The notes below the pieces were generated by a model, which did not search any database, had not been told where the DNA came from, and worked only from the letters and a program-made list of their open reading frames with translations. The position numbers were made by a program, and so were the translations under genes. From a virus (taxonomy: Duplodnaviria > Caudoviricetes), in IMG/VR virus record IMGVR_UViG_3300031088_000758: a DNA stretch of 64,000 bases. One strand, given 5' to 3'. This document shows, piece by piece, positions 30,641 to 40,706 of this stretch. Numbering within the stretch: position 1 is the first letter of the stretch; each line of letters opens with the position of its first letter.

Positions 30641-31170
30641 TGAGTCAGCCTCTCCTTCGTCCAGTCAATAATCTTTACAATATCCTTTTTAGTAAGCCCC
30701 ACACGTCCATTCGTATGAATAATTAATGGTAGCTCCCTAAAATGACCTCTGATGTAATCACCCCAGAAGAAAGGTGCTAAATCATCAATCCAAATAAAAG
30801 GACGAGGGTTTTTAGCTTGATCTTCTAGAATATATTCAGCTTTCCAACGAGTCCACTCCATCTTGCTTCCAGCATCTTTGTTAAGAACTGCTTCAGTGTG
30901 TTCAGAAAGGTTCTTAAATCCCATGATTTCTGAAGCTTGTACAATGTTGCTACCATCATTCCAAGTAGTATGCCAAACAAAATCATACAAACCTGTTTCC
31001 AGTAGTTCAGACATGCTCTTCACAACCTCTGGATTCCACTTGATTTCATCCTTGTTTCGTAGAAAATGACTATTTTCAATTTCAATGGTTGCTGAAGCGG
31101 TTGCTGAACTATCAGAAACGTTAAAGACACCATCAAAATCAGAATAAATAACAATCTTAGCAGATTTCAT
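30637..31170 (-). CDS. HAD-superfamily phosphatase (RNA-repair 'Swiss Army Knife' type)
   Basis: DFDGV, WHTTW, WK, FIWIDD, GLT motifs. Confidence 0.75.
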   Translation of the reverse strand: MKSAKIVIYSDFDGVFNVSDSSATASATIEIENSHFLRNKDEIKWNPEVVKSMSELLETGLYDFVWHTTWNDGSNIVQASEIMGFKNLSEHTEAVLNKDAGSKMEWTRWKAEYILEDQAKNPRPFIWIDDLAPFFWGDYIRGHFRELPLIIHTNGRVGLTKKDIVKIIDWTKERLTQ

Positions 31171-31289
31171 TTTTTAAATCCTAACATTTTAAAATTACGT
31201 ATGAAAGGATTATAACATTAATTAGAGTTAAAAGTCAAACTGATTATTAGGATTATATGTTGTTAAAATCGAACTGAACAGTTTCAACA

Positions 31290-31493
31290 TCATCTTCCAT
31301 AATAACCATCCGCTTTTTCGATTTTTATTGAAGTGTACCACTCACCTTCTCTGTCTTTAACCAATATAGCTTTGGTTGTACTATTTAAATCAACTGTAAC
31401 AGATGAAATTGAAGAATCTGTTTCTTTCAGCTTTTGTGCAGTATTTAAAAGGTTCTCAATTTGATCTATTGTAATCTTCCCTGAATCATTCAT
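31290..31493 (-). CDS. Hypothetical protein
   Basis: Short ORF overlapping the pncB end. Confidence 0.55.
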   Translation of the reverse strand: MNDSGKITIDQIENLLNTAQKLKETDSSISSVTVDLNSTTKAILVKDREGEWYTSIKIEKADGYYGR

Positions 31494-32808
31494 TGTTGTC
31501 TTCTCCTAACAAAGTAGCCTCAAAAGCGCTTTCTCCGGCTGATGTGAGCTTTGCTTTTAGTGGCAAAGTATCTAATGTTTCTTTATGTAATTTTCTTGAT
31601 TCTTCAATTGTCGGAATATGAAAGTTTCCATTTTCTGCATAAACAATCTGTAATTTTTTGATTGTTTCAGTTTCTTCAATTTCATTAAAAGTGAAAAATT
31701 CTTCAAGAATGATTCCATTAGAATCATACTTACGGTAAGCGTTTTTAAATCCGCCTACTGATTTTTTCCCACTAGCTTTTTTGGCTACTGGTGTCATGTT
31801 CCCTGATTCATCTTCTCTTTCAACTAATTTAAAAACCATTCCAGCAGTAGGATGCCCTGATCCGGTCACAACACGTGTTCCAGCACCTACTTTATCTACT
31901 GGTGTTCCATTGTCTAAAAGTTCAGAAATAGTGAATTCGTCAATGTCTGAAGAAAGTACAATTTTAGTATTCACAGCACCAAGTTCATCAAGGAGTTTTC
32001 TTGCTTTAATGGTTTCTTCGCGCAGATCACCTGAGTCAATTCTAATGCCTCCAAGATTTGAACCAGCTACTGCTACGGCGTTGCGAATTCCTTGTTGAAT
32101 GTCATAAGTATCCACTAGAAGAGTAGTAGATACACCTAATGCCTCTACCTGTGCTTTAAATGCTTCTACTTCATCTTTAAACGCAAGAGTAAAAGCATGA
32201 GCACTAGTTCCTGAGACGGGGATATTATATTTCATCCCCGCTTCTACGTTAGAAGTAGTGTCAAAACCAGCAATATAAGCTGCTCTTGCTGAGTCAACAG
32301 CTGCAATCTCATGAGTTCTCCTTGAACCCATTTCAATAAGAGGCATTCCTGAAGCTGCAACTACCATTCGAGAAGCTGCGCTCATCACAGCTGAGTCGTG
32401 GTTTAAAATAGATAACAAAACTGTTTCGAGAAGAACAGAATCCCCAAAAGTTCCTTGAACAGTAAGAACAGGGCTGTTAGGGAAGAATACATCACCTTCC
32501 CTGTAGCCAATGATTGTTCCTTTAAAAGAGTAGTTTTTAAGGTAGTCAATTGTTTCATCTTTGACAACAGGGTTACTTTGTAGGTATTTTAATTGTTCAT
32601 CCGTAAATGTAAAATTTTTGACAGCAGAAATAGCTCGGTTAATTCCTCCTACTACACCATACCTTCTGCCTGATGGTAGCCTTCTAGCAAACAAATCAAA
32701 CGTTGCTTTTTCGTAAGCTTTTCCTGAAATAATTGCTGCTTGAAGCATAGAAATTTCGTAAAAGTCCGTAAGCAAAGCTGTACTTGTACTGTGATTTTGG
32801 TTAATCAT
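31486..32808 (-). CDS. pncB: Nicotinate phosphoribosyltransferase
   Basis: LLTDFYEISM, EMGSRRTH, GTSAHAF, LLVDTYD, IRIDSGDL, GMVFKLVE. Confidence 0.95.
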   Translation of the reverse strand: MINQNHSTSTALLTDFYEISMLQAAIISGKAYEKATFDLFARRLPSGRRYGVVGGINRAISAVKNFTFTDEQLKYLQSNPVVKDETIDYLKNYSFKGTIIGYREGDVFFPNSPVLTVQGTFGDSVLLETVLLSILNHDSAVMSAASRMVVAASGMPLIEMGSRRTHEIAAVDSARAAYIAGFDTTSNVEAGMKYNIPVSGTSAHAFTLAFKDEVEAFKAQVEALGVSTTLLVDTYDIQQGIRNAVAVAGSNLGGIRIDSGDLREETIKARKLLDELGAVNTKIVLSSDIDEFTISELLDNGTPVDKVGAGTRVVTGSGHPTAGMVFKLVEREDESGNMTPVAKKASGKKSVGGFKNAYRKYDSNGIILEEFFTFNEIEETETIKKLQIVYAENGNFHIPTIEESRKLHKETLDTLPLKAKLTSAGESAFEATLLGEDNNE

Positions 32809-32848
32809 TTTTTCTGCTCTCTTCTATCTTAGTTATAAGTTGTTGTTA

Positions 32849-33220
32849 TTATTCAACAATCTCTTCCAGGTCAAAAATCGTATTAAAATTCAGTAATTTA
32901 TTTTGTATCATAATTTTGTGAATTTTATGTAATGTTTCCATGTCAATATTGTTTTCTTTAAGGCTTTCTTGAGTTTTTCGTATTTTCTTTACTTTGTCAA
33001 GATGGCGCTTATGTTCTGAACCTTCTATGGTCCATTTACCAGGTTTATCTACTTCGTAAAACCAGCCGCATTGGTCTTCGTGATGAAGCTTGCATTTTTT
33101 CTCATGTAGAAGTTCAGCAAGCTCTTCATCGGAAAATTCCCTAAGCATTATGCTTTTTCGCTGTTCCATCAAAGTCTTGATTTGCGCATCTAATTGGCTG
33201 ACTTGTGGATTGTTGTTCAT
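32849..33220 (-). CDS. Hypothetical protein with H-C-H-C motif, paralogue of 33277..33582
   Basis: LHEKKCKLHHEDQCGWFY; start after AAGGAG. Confidence 0.7.
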   Translation of the reverse strand: MNNNPQVSQLDAQIKTLMEQRKSIMLREFSDEELAELLHEKKCKLHHEDQCGWFYEVDKPGKWTIEGSEHKRHLDKVKKIRKTQESLKENNIDMETLHKIHKIMIQNKLLNFNTIFDLEEIVE

Positions 33221-33224
33221 TGTT

Positions 33225-33262
33225 TTCTCCTTGTTCTTTAACCGGCGTAAGAGCAACCCGGA
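33225..33262 (-). repeat. 38-bp direct repeat, copy 1 (leader + SD)
   Basis: ttctccttgttctttaaccggcgtaagagcaacccgga, identical to 33587..33624. Confidence 0.9.
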
Positions 33263-33276
33263 AAATATTTTCGTTT

Positions 33277-33582
33277 TTAAAGTGCTTTAATGATAGAAAC
33301 TATTGTTTCAAAATCAGAGATTTTCAAAAGTTCTTGTGCCTTGGACAAATATGTTTTATGAGAATATTCTCTCCAATCATGAATTTCATCTACAATTCCA
33401 TAATACCAGGAGCATTCTTCGGTATGGTCAGCATTGCATTTGCACTGTTTGTCATGAATATAGACCGCTAATTGCTGATCTTCCTTCATGTTAGTGATTT
33501 CTTTACGTCTTTTCTTAAGGTTCTCAACTGTTTTCTGCGCTTCGTTGATAGCGTCATCTAGATCGTTTATGTTAAAAGTCAT
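33277..33582 (-). CDS. Hypothetical protein with H-C-H-C motif
   Basis: IHDKQCKCNADHTEECSWYY; start after AAGGAG. Confidence 0.7.
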   Translation of the reverse strand: MTFNINDLDDAINEAQKTVENLKKRRKEITNMKEDQQLAVYIHDKQCKCNADHTEECSWYYGIVDEIHDWREYSHKTYLSKAQELLKISDFETIVSIIKAL

Positions 33583-33586
33583 TATC

Positions 33587-33624
33587 TTCTCCTTGTTCTT
33601 TAACCGGCGTAAGAGCAACCCGGA
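33587..33624 (-). repeat. 38-bp direct repeat, copy 2 (leader + SD)
   Basis: Identical to 33225..33262. Confidence 0.9.
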
Positions 33625-33704
33625 TGTTTTTAGTTCTAATGTTTATATCATACATTATAACAATTTAAATATCAAGTTGATACTTAAAATCGTGTCTTAT
33701 ATCA

Positions 33705-33752
33705 CAAATAAGGGAAAAACAGACTACCAAATTACTGTTTTTCCCTTATTTG
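33705..33752. terminator. Inverted repeat / terminator
   Basis: caaataagggaaaaacag ... ctgtttttcccttatttg. Confidence 0.7.
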
Positions 33753-33780
33753 CTAGGACTTAATTGATTTATACCGCTTT

Positions 33781-34128
33781 TCAGTTGTAATCAATATATG
33801 AAGAGATTTCACCAACTGGAAGAAGATCTAATGACTCTTCAAAAGTTTTTCCTGCCAACTCTTTAAGTGTAGGAAGTTTTTCATCAACTCCAAAACTGTC
33901 ATCAAGATCATACCAACGTGAAAGGTTTTCGTCTTCACCAGAAACATTCAAAAGATCTAGAATTTCAGTTTCGGAGTAAACTTCACTGGAATCATTGTCA
34001 TAGAACACAATTCCACCCCGTGATCCATACTCAGTTCCCCCAAAAATTACTAGAGACTGGAGCACAACAAAGTCAGGTGTGTAGTCATACTTTGGTTCAA
34101 TAGCCATAATTTTCACATTCTCCTTCAA
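33781..34128 (-). CDS. Hypothetical acidic protein
   Basis: ORF; likely start near MAIE after AAGGAG. Confidence 0.6.
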   Translation of the reverse strand: MKENVKIMAIEPKYDYTPDFVVLQSLVIFGGTEYGSRGGIVFYDNDSSEVYSETEILDLLNVSGEDENLSRWYDLDDSFGVDEKLPTLKELAGKTFEESLDLLPVGEISSYIDYN

Positions 34129-34194
34129 AAGATTTTCAATATTAGTGACATTATCTTATCATGTAGGTTCTTAAAAATCAAGTTTTCAGAAAGA

Positions 34195-34230
34195 AAAATA
34201 GCAACTAAGGCTAAAATTAGTTGCTATTTT
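34195..34230. terminator. Inverted repeat / terminator
   Basis: aaaatagcaactaa ... ttagttgctatttt. Confidence 0.65.
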
Positions 34231-34260
34231 CTATCTATCAGGGATTATGTTAATTAAAAA

Positions 34261-34821
34261 TCAGTTACTTTTTTTAACACTATCAAGATCATATACTTCT
34301 GAGGAATCTTCAGTTTCATCTTTTTCGGCTTCCTCATTAGCTTCATGATCTTTTGAATCTTCTAATTCTAATTTTGTATCAGAAGATTTAAAAACCTCAG
34401 ATTCAAGCTTGTTATCATCATCATCCACTTCTACTGTGCCAGAGTCTTCTACTTTAAGTATAGAAGCAGCTACATCTACAATTCCTTGTAAGTCTTTTCT
34501 GTATTGTGCTTCAAATGCTTGGAGAAGCGCAATTTGAGTCTTTTGTGCTTCAAGCTGAGCTGCAGATTCCTGAATTAAGTTTGCAGCTTCAATTTTTGCT
34601 TGCTCCGTTTTTTCAGTGTGAACTTTTTCAGCTTCTTCAAGCAAACGAGAGGCTGTTGCTTCAGCATCACTAAGTATCTTATGGGCTTCTACTTCTGCTG
34701 TCTCAATTAACTGGTCATGTTTAGCTTGTCCTTCTTCTACGTGCTCATTGTATATCCTTTGAGCAAGTGCTAAAACACCTTCTGCTGATTGTCCTGATCC
34801 TACATTAGCGGGTTCTGTCAT
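34261..34821 (-). CDS. DivIVA/Wag31-like coiled-coil protein lacking the N-terminal lipid-binding domain
   Basis: AEGVLALAQR...AEVEAHKILSDAE...LQAFEAQYRKDL resembles the actinobacterial DivIVA C-domain (VLxLAQ...LRxFERxYRxRL). Confidence 0.6.
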   Translation of the reverse strand: MTEPANVGSGQSAEGVLALAQRIYNEHVEEGQAKHDQLIETAEVEAHKILSDAEATASRLLEEAEKVHTEKTEQAKIEAANLIQESAAQLEAQKTQIALLQAFEAQYRKDLQGIVDVAASILKVEDSGTVEVDDDDNKLESEVFKSSDTKLELEDSKDHEANEEAEKDETEDSSEVYDLDSVKKSN

Positions 34822-34970
34822 GTTTTCTCCTAACATTGATAATACATTAGCTAATGTTTTTAATATCGACTTTTGTTGACTTTTAAAAAAATAACTCCAT
34901 CTTAAAGCATGTTTTAAAAGAAAATGTTTTTGGTTTTTATAAATTTATATTAATAACAAAATAGGTGAAT

Positions 34971-35000
34971 TTGACAGCATCAGTTTTTTTGTTGTATAGT
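34971..35000 (+). promoter_or_regulatory. Sigma70-type promoter
   Basis: TTGACA-18 bp-TATAGT. Confidence 0.55.
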
Positions 35001-35040
35001 AATAGCATAATGTTAATCTATGAGAGGAGAGTGTTTTGCG

Positions 35041-35682
35041 ATGAATAATCTTTATAAATATCCGCGTACACCTCATCTCCCTTCTTCACTTGGCGCAACT
35101 TCAGATGATAAGTATGCTTCAAAGGAAACTATTGATTTTTTGAAGAGTGGAGTAGAACTTGTAGTTACAGAGAAGCTTGATGGCGGAAATCTTACTTTTT
35201 ATCGTGATGATTTCCATGGTCGTTCGCTGACTTCAGGAACTCACGCTTGGGATACTGCTGCTAAGGCTCTTTGGTCCTCTGTGCGACTTGAAATTCCTGT
35301 GGGTTGGCGTATCAGTGGAGAGAGTCTTTACGCTAGAAGAAGTGTTCCTTATGACAACCTACCAGGTGTATACATGGTTTTTGGTATTTGGAATGAGAAT
35401 AATGAACTAATTTCTTGGGATGATACTGTTGAATGGTGCGAAATGCTTGATCTTCCACATGCTCCTGTTCTTTACAGAGGCAACAACTTTGACGAGGCAA
35501 TAAACATTTGGAGCAAGACTCTTAATGATTCAGTTTCTGAAGGCTTTGTTCTTCGTAATTCGGAAAGCTTTACTTATGAAAACTTTGCTAACAATATAGC
35601 TAAGTGGGTCAGAAAAGATCATGTGAGAACTTCAGCAGATTGGAGGCACCGCTCAGATTTTGCGGTTAATACCTTCCAATGA
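35041..35682 (+). CDS. ATP-dependent RNA ligase family nucleotidyltransferase
   Basis: KYPRTPHL, TEKLDGGN (motif I), SGES, EGFVLR, AKWVR. Confidence 0.85.
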   Translation: MNNLYKYPRTPHLPSSLGATSDDKYASKETIDFLKSGVELVVTEKLDGGNLTFYRDDFHGRSLTSGTHAWDTAAKALWSSVRLEIPVGWRISGESLYARRSVPYDNLPGVYMVFGIWNENNELISWDDTVEWCEMLDLPHAPVLYRGNNFDEAINIWSKTLNDSVSEGFVLRNSESFTYENFANNIAKWVRKDHVRTSADWRHRSDFAVNTFQ

Positions 35683-35693
35683 TAAAAACTAAG

Positions 35694-35737
35694 GTAATCC
35701 CGGAACAATGTATTTTTAGCTATTGTTCCGGGATTAC
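35694..35737. terminator. Bidirectional terminator
   Basis: gtaatcccggaacaat ... attgttccgggattac. Confidence 0.75.
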
Positions 35738-35767
35738 TTTATAATTCTAATGAAGCAGATCTTTTAA

Positions 35768-36316
35768 TCAGTTAGAATAGAAAAGTTGTAATTCTTCGAT
35801 TGCTTTATCAAATTTGTCAATATGCCCTGAATAGAAATAAACAAGAGCCTCAACAAGATTAAACCACAAAGCTAAACTACCAATTTTGGGAAGATTCCAC
35901 ACGTCAAAGCTCGTGTCTGATTCAAAAATACTTTTACCATTCTTAATAAGCGAAAACTCGTTGCGTACAAAAAGGTTAAGAATTGATACAGATTTGTCCC
36001 GGCTGCAAGCTCCACCTTCAAATTGACTAATATGAAATTTAACGAAATTGTCAATAGTAGAGATATGTTTATAAACTGATTTAATGCGCCAAGCTTCTCG
36101 GCTGTCAGTTTCTCTTTCTATTAAAGCATCAATGATTGTGTCCATCTTTTTCGATTGCTTATATGAATAGCGTTCAAAATTGCTTATAGATGGAAATTTT
36201 TCAAATTCTTCAAACGCAACAGCAATCTCTTCTTGATACTCAATAAAATCTCTTTTTCGAAAAGTTTCTGACATGGATGTAAGAAGTTCTTCAAGTTCGT
36301 TATTAATGTTTTCCAC
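35768..36316 (-). CDS. Hypothetical protein
   Basis: 182-aa ORF. Confidence 0.65.
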   Translation of the reverse strand: MENINNELEELLTSMSETFRKRDFIEYQEEIAVAFEEFEKFPSISNFERYSYKQSKKMDTIIDALIERETDSREAWRIKSVYKHISTIDNFVKFHISQFEGGACSRDKSVSILNLFVRNEFSLIKNGKSIFESDTSFDVWNLPKIGSLALWFNLVEALVYFYSGHIDKFDKAIEELQLFYSN

Positions 36317-36561
36317 TATATACTCTTTTCTTTGTTCCTCTACAAGTGTTACCAGGATAGCTTTAACAAACTATTGTAGCATATGACTGTAGGAGTAGTC
36401 AATTTTCTTCGAAAGTTTAGTTCTATCATGACAAAACAAATAGTTCATTAACTATTCCGTAGCAAACTAGGCCAAACAGGCATGAATATGGATAAAGCTT
36501 GTTTCAACCTGTTTAAACAGCTATTTCTTTATCTTTGTAGGATCTTGACTGTGATAATGAA

Positions 36562-38118
36562 CTATTTGTTTGAATTTTTCTCGAAAATCTTGTCGAAAAG
36601 GTTAAATGCTTTTTCTCTCAATTCAGGATTATTTGTGATAGGTAAATGATCATAGTTATTGAACTTTTCCTTATTTAATAATCTATTGTCAATTCCTAAT
36701 CTTGAGGAACTATAATGCTCAAAAAGTCGGGCAAAAATCTCGGTATTTGTTGAAAGATATTCCCTTCGACTCTGAGGTTCACCAGCTGGTATGTCCAAAT
36801 TTTTAGTATATTCTTTGGCAATCTCTCTGAATTCAGGTCTTAATGAAGCATTATCTTTTGCAACAAGGTCAAGATAATGTCCATATTCGTGCACAAATGA
36901 TTCTGAGGTGCGAACATCCACTGCCAAAGAGTTTAAGGAGCTTGCGAAGAGCCCCGTTGCATTATGTTTGCCTAGTTTTTTAACAAATATGCGTGGCTCT
37001 CTTCCTTCTGGAATTGGAGGAAGCTTATCTTTTATCTCGTTGTAGGCTTTTTCAAAGTCCGCTAACTCGCCAGGATCAACATCATTATCTAATTCAACAC
37101 TTTTAAAACTATTGTTTAAAGAGCTGTTTTTCATCATATCTTTGCGGATATCATCTGTATTCTTCTTTCTGTCAAAAACTCCTGCAATCTTTCCCGAATG
37201 TTCCCTAACGTATTTCTTTTGAGCAATGAAGTTAGAGCCTTCTAATTGAGCATCCTCTAACTTTAACAAAGCATCTGTTATCATGTTTCTCGAATAATCA
37301 GATTTTTTTGCTGTCATAACAATTTCGTTCCGCAATGCCTCTGGAATCTCTTCGTTATCCTTAATTGCTTCAATAATAGCTTGGTTTTTCAACGCAAAAT
37401 CTTTGCTTTCAGCTTCAACACTTTCGGTTTTTATAATAGTTTTTATAATGTTTATACCAGTCTTTTTTTCAGCGCGAGCATTTCCAGCCACTTTTCGTAA
37501 ATCAAGTTTATTCCAATATTTATAAGCTTTGAAATATTCATTACCTGTCCTGAATGCATAACGATTAATTTCAGCTCCCGCATTGCCATCAATCACAATT
37601 ACTTCTTGATCTTCTAACTGCGCTTTCCAAGCTCTATTTGATTTAAAACCCTTTAAAAGTCTTTCGTCATTTATTTCTTGAATATTCTCAAATCCTTGTT
37701 CTGAAAGAAGTTGGATAGCCTTTTCGTTGTCAATTCCATTGTCAGAAGGCGCAGACAGTGAAGTGAGAAGTCTTGTACCTAATCCATTAACTCTTGTATA
37801 GCGAAGTTTTAACTCAGCTTCAGTAGCTTCGTTTTTAGCGAATTTTCCTCTTAAATCAGCATTAAAGAAACGGTTAGGTACACCTTCGAAATCTTCGTTA
37901 AATTGTTCTTCTTGTTTCTTGAACTCTTTTACAAAGGAATAACGAATCTTTTTATCTGTCAAACCGTGTTCCTTTGACAATTTTTCTTCTATGAAGGATT
38001 GTGCCTCTGAAACGTTAGTGTAGTGCCTTGTATCATCTTCGTCCTGATAAAACCTGCAGTTTGTTGGCTTTTTTGCTTTGCAAGGTTTCACCTCATCTTT
38101 GTTGTTTATATGGAACAC
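36562..38118 (-). CDS. HCCH-tag protein with C-terminal zincin/LPD1-like domain
   Basis: N-terminus FHIN...C.A....C...HY; C-terminal HEYGH and YLSTNTEIFARLFE. Confidence 0.7.
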   Translation of the reverse strand: MFHINNKDEVKPCKAKKPTNCRFYQDEDDTRHYTNVSEAQSFIEEKLSKEHGLTDKKIRYSFVKEFKKQEEQFNEDFEGVPNRFFNADLRGKFAKNEATEAELKLRYTRVNGLGTRLLTSLSAPSDNGIDNEKAIQLLSEQGFENIQEINDERLLKGFKSNRAWKAQLEDQEVIVIDGNAGAEINRYAFRTGNEYFKAYKYWNKLDLRKVAGNARAEKKTGINIIKTIIKTESVEAESKDFALKNQAIIEAIKDNEEIPEALRNEIVMTAKKSDYSRNMITDALLKLEDAQLEGSNFIAQKKYVREHSGKIAGVFDRKKNTDDIRKDMMKNSSLNNSFKSVELDNDVDPGELADFEKAYNEIKDKLPPIPEGREPRIFVKKLGKHNATGLFASSLNSLAVDVRTSESFVHEYGHYLDLVAKDNASLRPEFREIAKEYTKNLDIPAGEPQSRREYLSTNTEIFARLFEHYSSSRLGIDNRLLNKEKFNNYDHLPITNNPELREKAFNLFDKIFEKNSNK

Positions 38119-38213
38119 TTTAACTCCCTAATATGGCAAGAATATGTCTGATTTGACTTTATAGTATATTTTCTATATTATATAAATAATGTCTTTCGTT
38201 ATAGGAGTGGATT

Positions 38214-39323
38214 ATGCAAGTTTTGAAAAGAACACCTGCTATGGTTATTTTTTTTATGTTTTTTGTAGGGTTAATTTTTGTTCCAGCGTCAGCTAATGCT
38301 CAAGGTTTTAAAGATGTGAAAAATGGGCAGGCATATAGCAAAGAAATCACTAGGATGAGTAATTTGAAGATAACTTCTGGTTACGGAGATGGAACTTATC
38401 GACCTAATTCATCTGTTCAACGTGATCATATGATTGTCTTTATTTATCGAGCTATGGGTTCTCCCTCGTACAACCCGCCAAAAAAATCGCCTTTTACTGA
38501 CATTGATTCTAAGAATCCTTATTACAAGGAAATCATGTGGGCACATAAAGAAGGTATTACTTCAGGTTATGCAATGAAGAACGGAACGAAACAGTTTCGA
38601 CCTAAAACAAAGGTGCGTAGAGATCATATGGCTGTGTTCTTGATGAATGCTTCAAATGATAAAAAACCTTCAGTTAAGAGCAAGCCGTTTAAAGATGTCA
38701 AGAAAAACTATGCTTATGCTAAAGAAATCCAATGGATGAAAAACAATGGTATCTCCACAGGTACAGGAAGTGGTCATTACAAACCTAAATCAAACACTAC
38801 TCGTGGTCATATGGCTGTGTTTATTACTAGTTGGTTTGATTATTCTGTCTGGCCTAATATGGCTTCTTCTAAAGAGCAAAAAGATTGGACAGCAAGCCTT
38901 CCAAAAGCTTGTAAAAATATTGAAATTCGTGACTTTGTGAATACTAATCCGAACAAAAATGGTGCTTCCTTCAACGCTAGTGTCAAATATGATGGTAATG
39001 GTGTTATGTACTATACGTTGAAGATTAATGGCAATATGAAGCCAAGTTCTGCAGCTGCTAAGGCGCTTATGAAGCATGAGTGTGGACATGTTCTTATGGG
39101 CATTTACTCTGATAATAAGGGGCGTTCTGTTTTTCGTGCGCAACTTGATAAAGGATGGCCAGCATCAAACACATTACGTGTAGAACATGCTGCAGACTGC
39201 ATTGCAGATCAGCTAGGTGCTGTTCGTCAAACCAGTAATTATAAAGTAGGATATGGAACTAAATGTTCATCTGCTCAAAAGAACGTAGCAAAGAATATTG
39301 TAAACTATTCACAATATAGATGA
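38214..39323 (+). CDS. Secreted protein: 3 SLH domains + HExxH zincin-like domain
   Basis: Signal peptide (ANA); SLH repeats (FKDV...GTYRP...RDHM); HECGH...EHAADC. Confidence 0.85.
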   Translation: MQVLKRTPAMVIFFMFFVGLIFVPASANAQGFKDVKNGQAYSKEITRMSNLKITSGYGDGTYRPNSSVQRDHMIVFIYRAMGSPSYNPPKKSPFTDIDSKNPYYKEIMWAHKEGITSGYAMKNGTKQFRPKTKVRRDHMAVFLMNASNDKKPSVKSKPFKDVKKNYAYAKEIQWMKNNGISTGTGSGHYKPKSNTTRGHMAVFITSWFDYSVWPNMASSKEQKDWTASLPKACKNIEIRDFVNTNPNKNGASFNASVKYDGNGVMYYTLKINGNMKPSSAAAKALMKHECGHVLMGIYSDNKGRSVFRAQLDKGWPASNTLRVEHAADCIADQLGAVRQTSNYKVGYGTKCSSAQKNVAKNIVNYSQYR

Positions 39324-39405
39324 AATCAAATTTAAAATACTTAATTTTATCTTTCAATATGTTAGATATGATATAAGATATTAAAACAAAAAGGAACCTA
39401 ATAAA

Positions 39406-40698
39406 ATGATAAAAACAATCCATAAAAGATTGCTGTCCATCACTGCTAGTTCTGTCCTTGTAGGAATGATGTTTGCTGCTGGTTTATCACCAGCTATGGC
39501 TGACCCTGGTTCTTCTGATCCTCTTCATGAAGATGGAATTTCGGAAGAAACTACTGAAACAGTTATTGAAGCTGATGAATTGCAAGAAGCATTAGAGACA
39601 AAAGACAGTGACCCCCTTGTGTTTCATGGTAGTGCTTCTACTACAGCCGCCAAAATCAAGTTTAAGGACGTTAACAAGTCCACTATTTTTTATAACGAGA
39701 TTACTCAACTTGCGGATTATGGCGTGACTGAAGGTTGGAAGAATAAGGATGGTTCTAGAAGGTACGAACCATTGTCAGAAGTTAAACGGGATGCTGTGAT
39801 TGTGTTCCTATATCGTGCGATGGGTTCACCAGAATACACTGCGCCTAAGAAATCACCTTTTGCTGATGTGAAGACAAATAACGTTTTTTACAAAGAAATT
39901 GCCTGGGCGCATGATACAGGCATTTCTACGGGGTGGAAAATGAAGGATGGAACACGTCAGTTTAGGCCACATCAAAATGTTAAGCGTGATGCTATGGCTG
40001 CATTCTTAATGAGAGCTAGCGGAGATAAAGCGCCTTCATATAAAAAAGCTTTTAAAGATGTTTCAGCTAACACGGTTTTTGCAGCCGAAATTCAGTGGAT
40101 GAAAGATAAAGGTATTTCTACTGGTTGGGCTAATGGAACTTATCAGCCCTTGTCTAATACGAAGCGTGATGCTATGGCAGCATTCATGATTCGATGGTTG
40201 GATAAAACTCCTCCTTCTACTTCTAAAACCCGTAAAGCAACGGTGAAAGAACAAGAAGATTGGACTTCTTATTTACCTTCTGCATGTCAAAAAATCGAAA
40301 TCAGAAACTTTAGAATCACAAATCCCTCTAAGAAGAGCGCTTCCTTCAACGCAAGCGTGACATATGACAAAAATGGAGAAATGTATTATAGTTTGTCAAT
40401 TGATGGTAATTTGCCTTACTATTCAGCACCTGCTAAGGCACTTATGAAGCATGAGTGTGGACATGTTCTTATGGGTATCTATTCCGATACCAAAGGGCGT
40501 TCTGCGTTTCGTGCTGAACTTGATAAAGGATGGCCTGCATCAAACACATTGCGCGTAGAAAACGCTGCTGATTGTATTGCTGATGAATTAGGTGCTATTC
40601 GACAAACTAGTAGTTACAAAGTAGGATATGGAACTAAATGTTCATCCGCTCAAAAGAATGTAGCAAAAACAATCACAAATTATTCAAAAAATCGTTGA
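39406..40698 (+). CDS. Secreted protein: 3 SLH domains + HExxH zincin-like domain
   Basis: Signal peptide (AMA); SPFADV..FYKEIAW...KRDAMAAF repeats; HECGH...ENAADC. Confidence 0.85.
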   Translation: MIKTIHKRLLSITASSVLVGMMFAAGLSPAMADPGSSDPLHEDGISEETTETVIEADELQEALETKDSDPLVFHGSASTTAAKIKFKDVNKSTIFYNEITQLADYGVTEGWKNKDGSRRYEPLSEVKRDAVIVFLYRAMGSPEYTAPKKSPFADVKTNNVFYKEIAWAHDTGISTGWKMKDGTRQFRPHQNVKRDAMAAFLMRASGDKAPSYKKAFKDVSANTVFAAEIQWMKDKGISTGWANGTYQPLSNTKRDAMAAFMIRWLDKTPPSTSKTRKATVKEQEDWTSYLPSACQKIEIRNFRITNPSKKSASFNASVTYDKNGEMYYSLSIDGNLPYYSAPAKALMKHECGHVLMGIYSDTKGRSAFRAELDKGWPASNTLRVENAADCIADELGAIRQTSSYKVGYGTKCSSAQKNVAKTITNYSKNR

Positions 40699-40706
40699 AT
40701 GTAAAT

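Noticed and set aside
33221-33618. Identical N-termini MLLRRLKNKEK in two track ORFs as a shared peptide tag
   Set aside because: An artefact of translating the 38-bp leader repeat from TTG; the SD lies inside it and the real ATGs follow.
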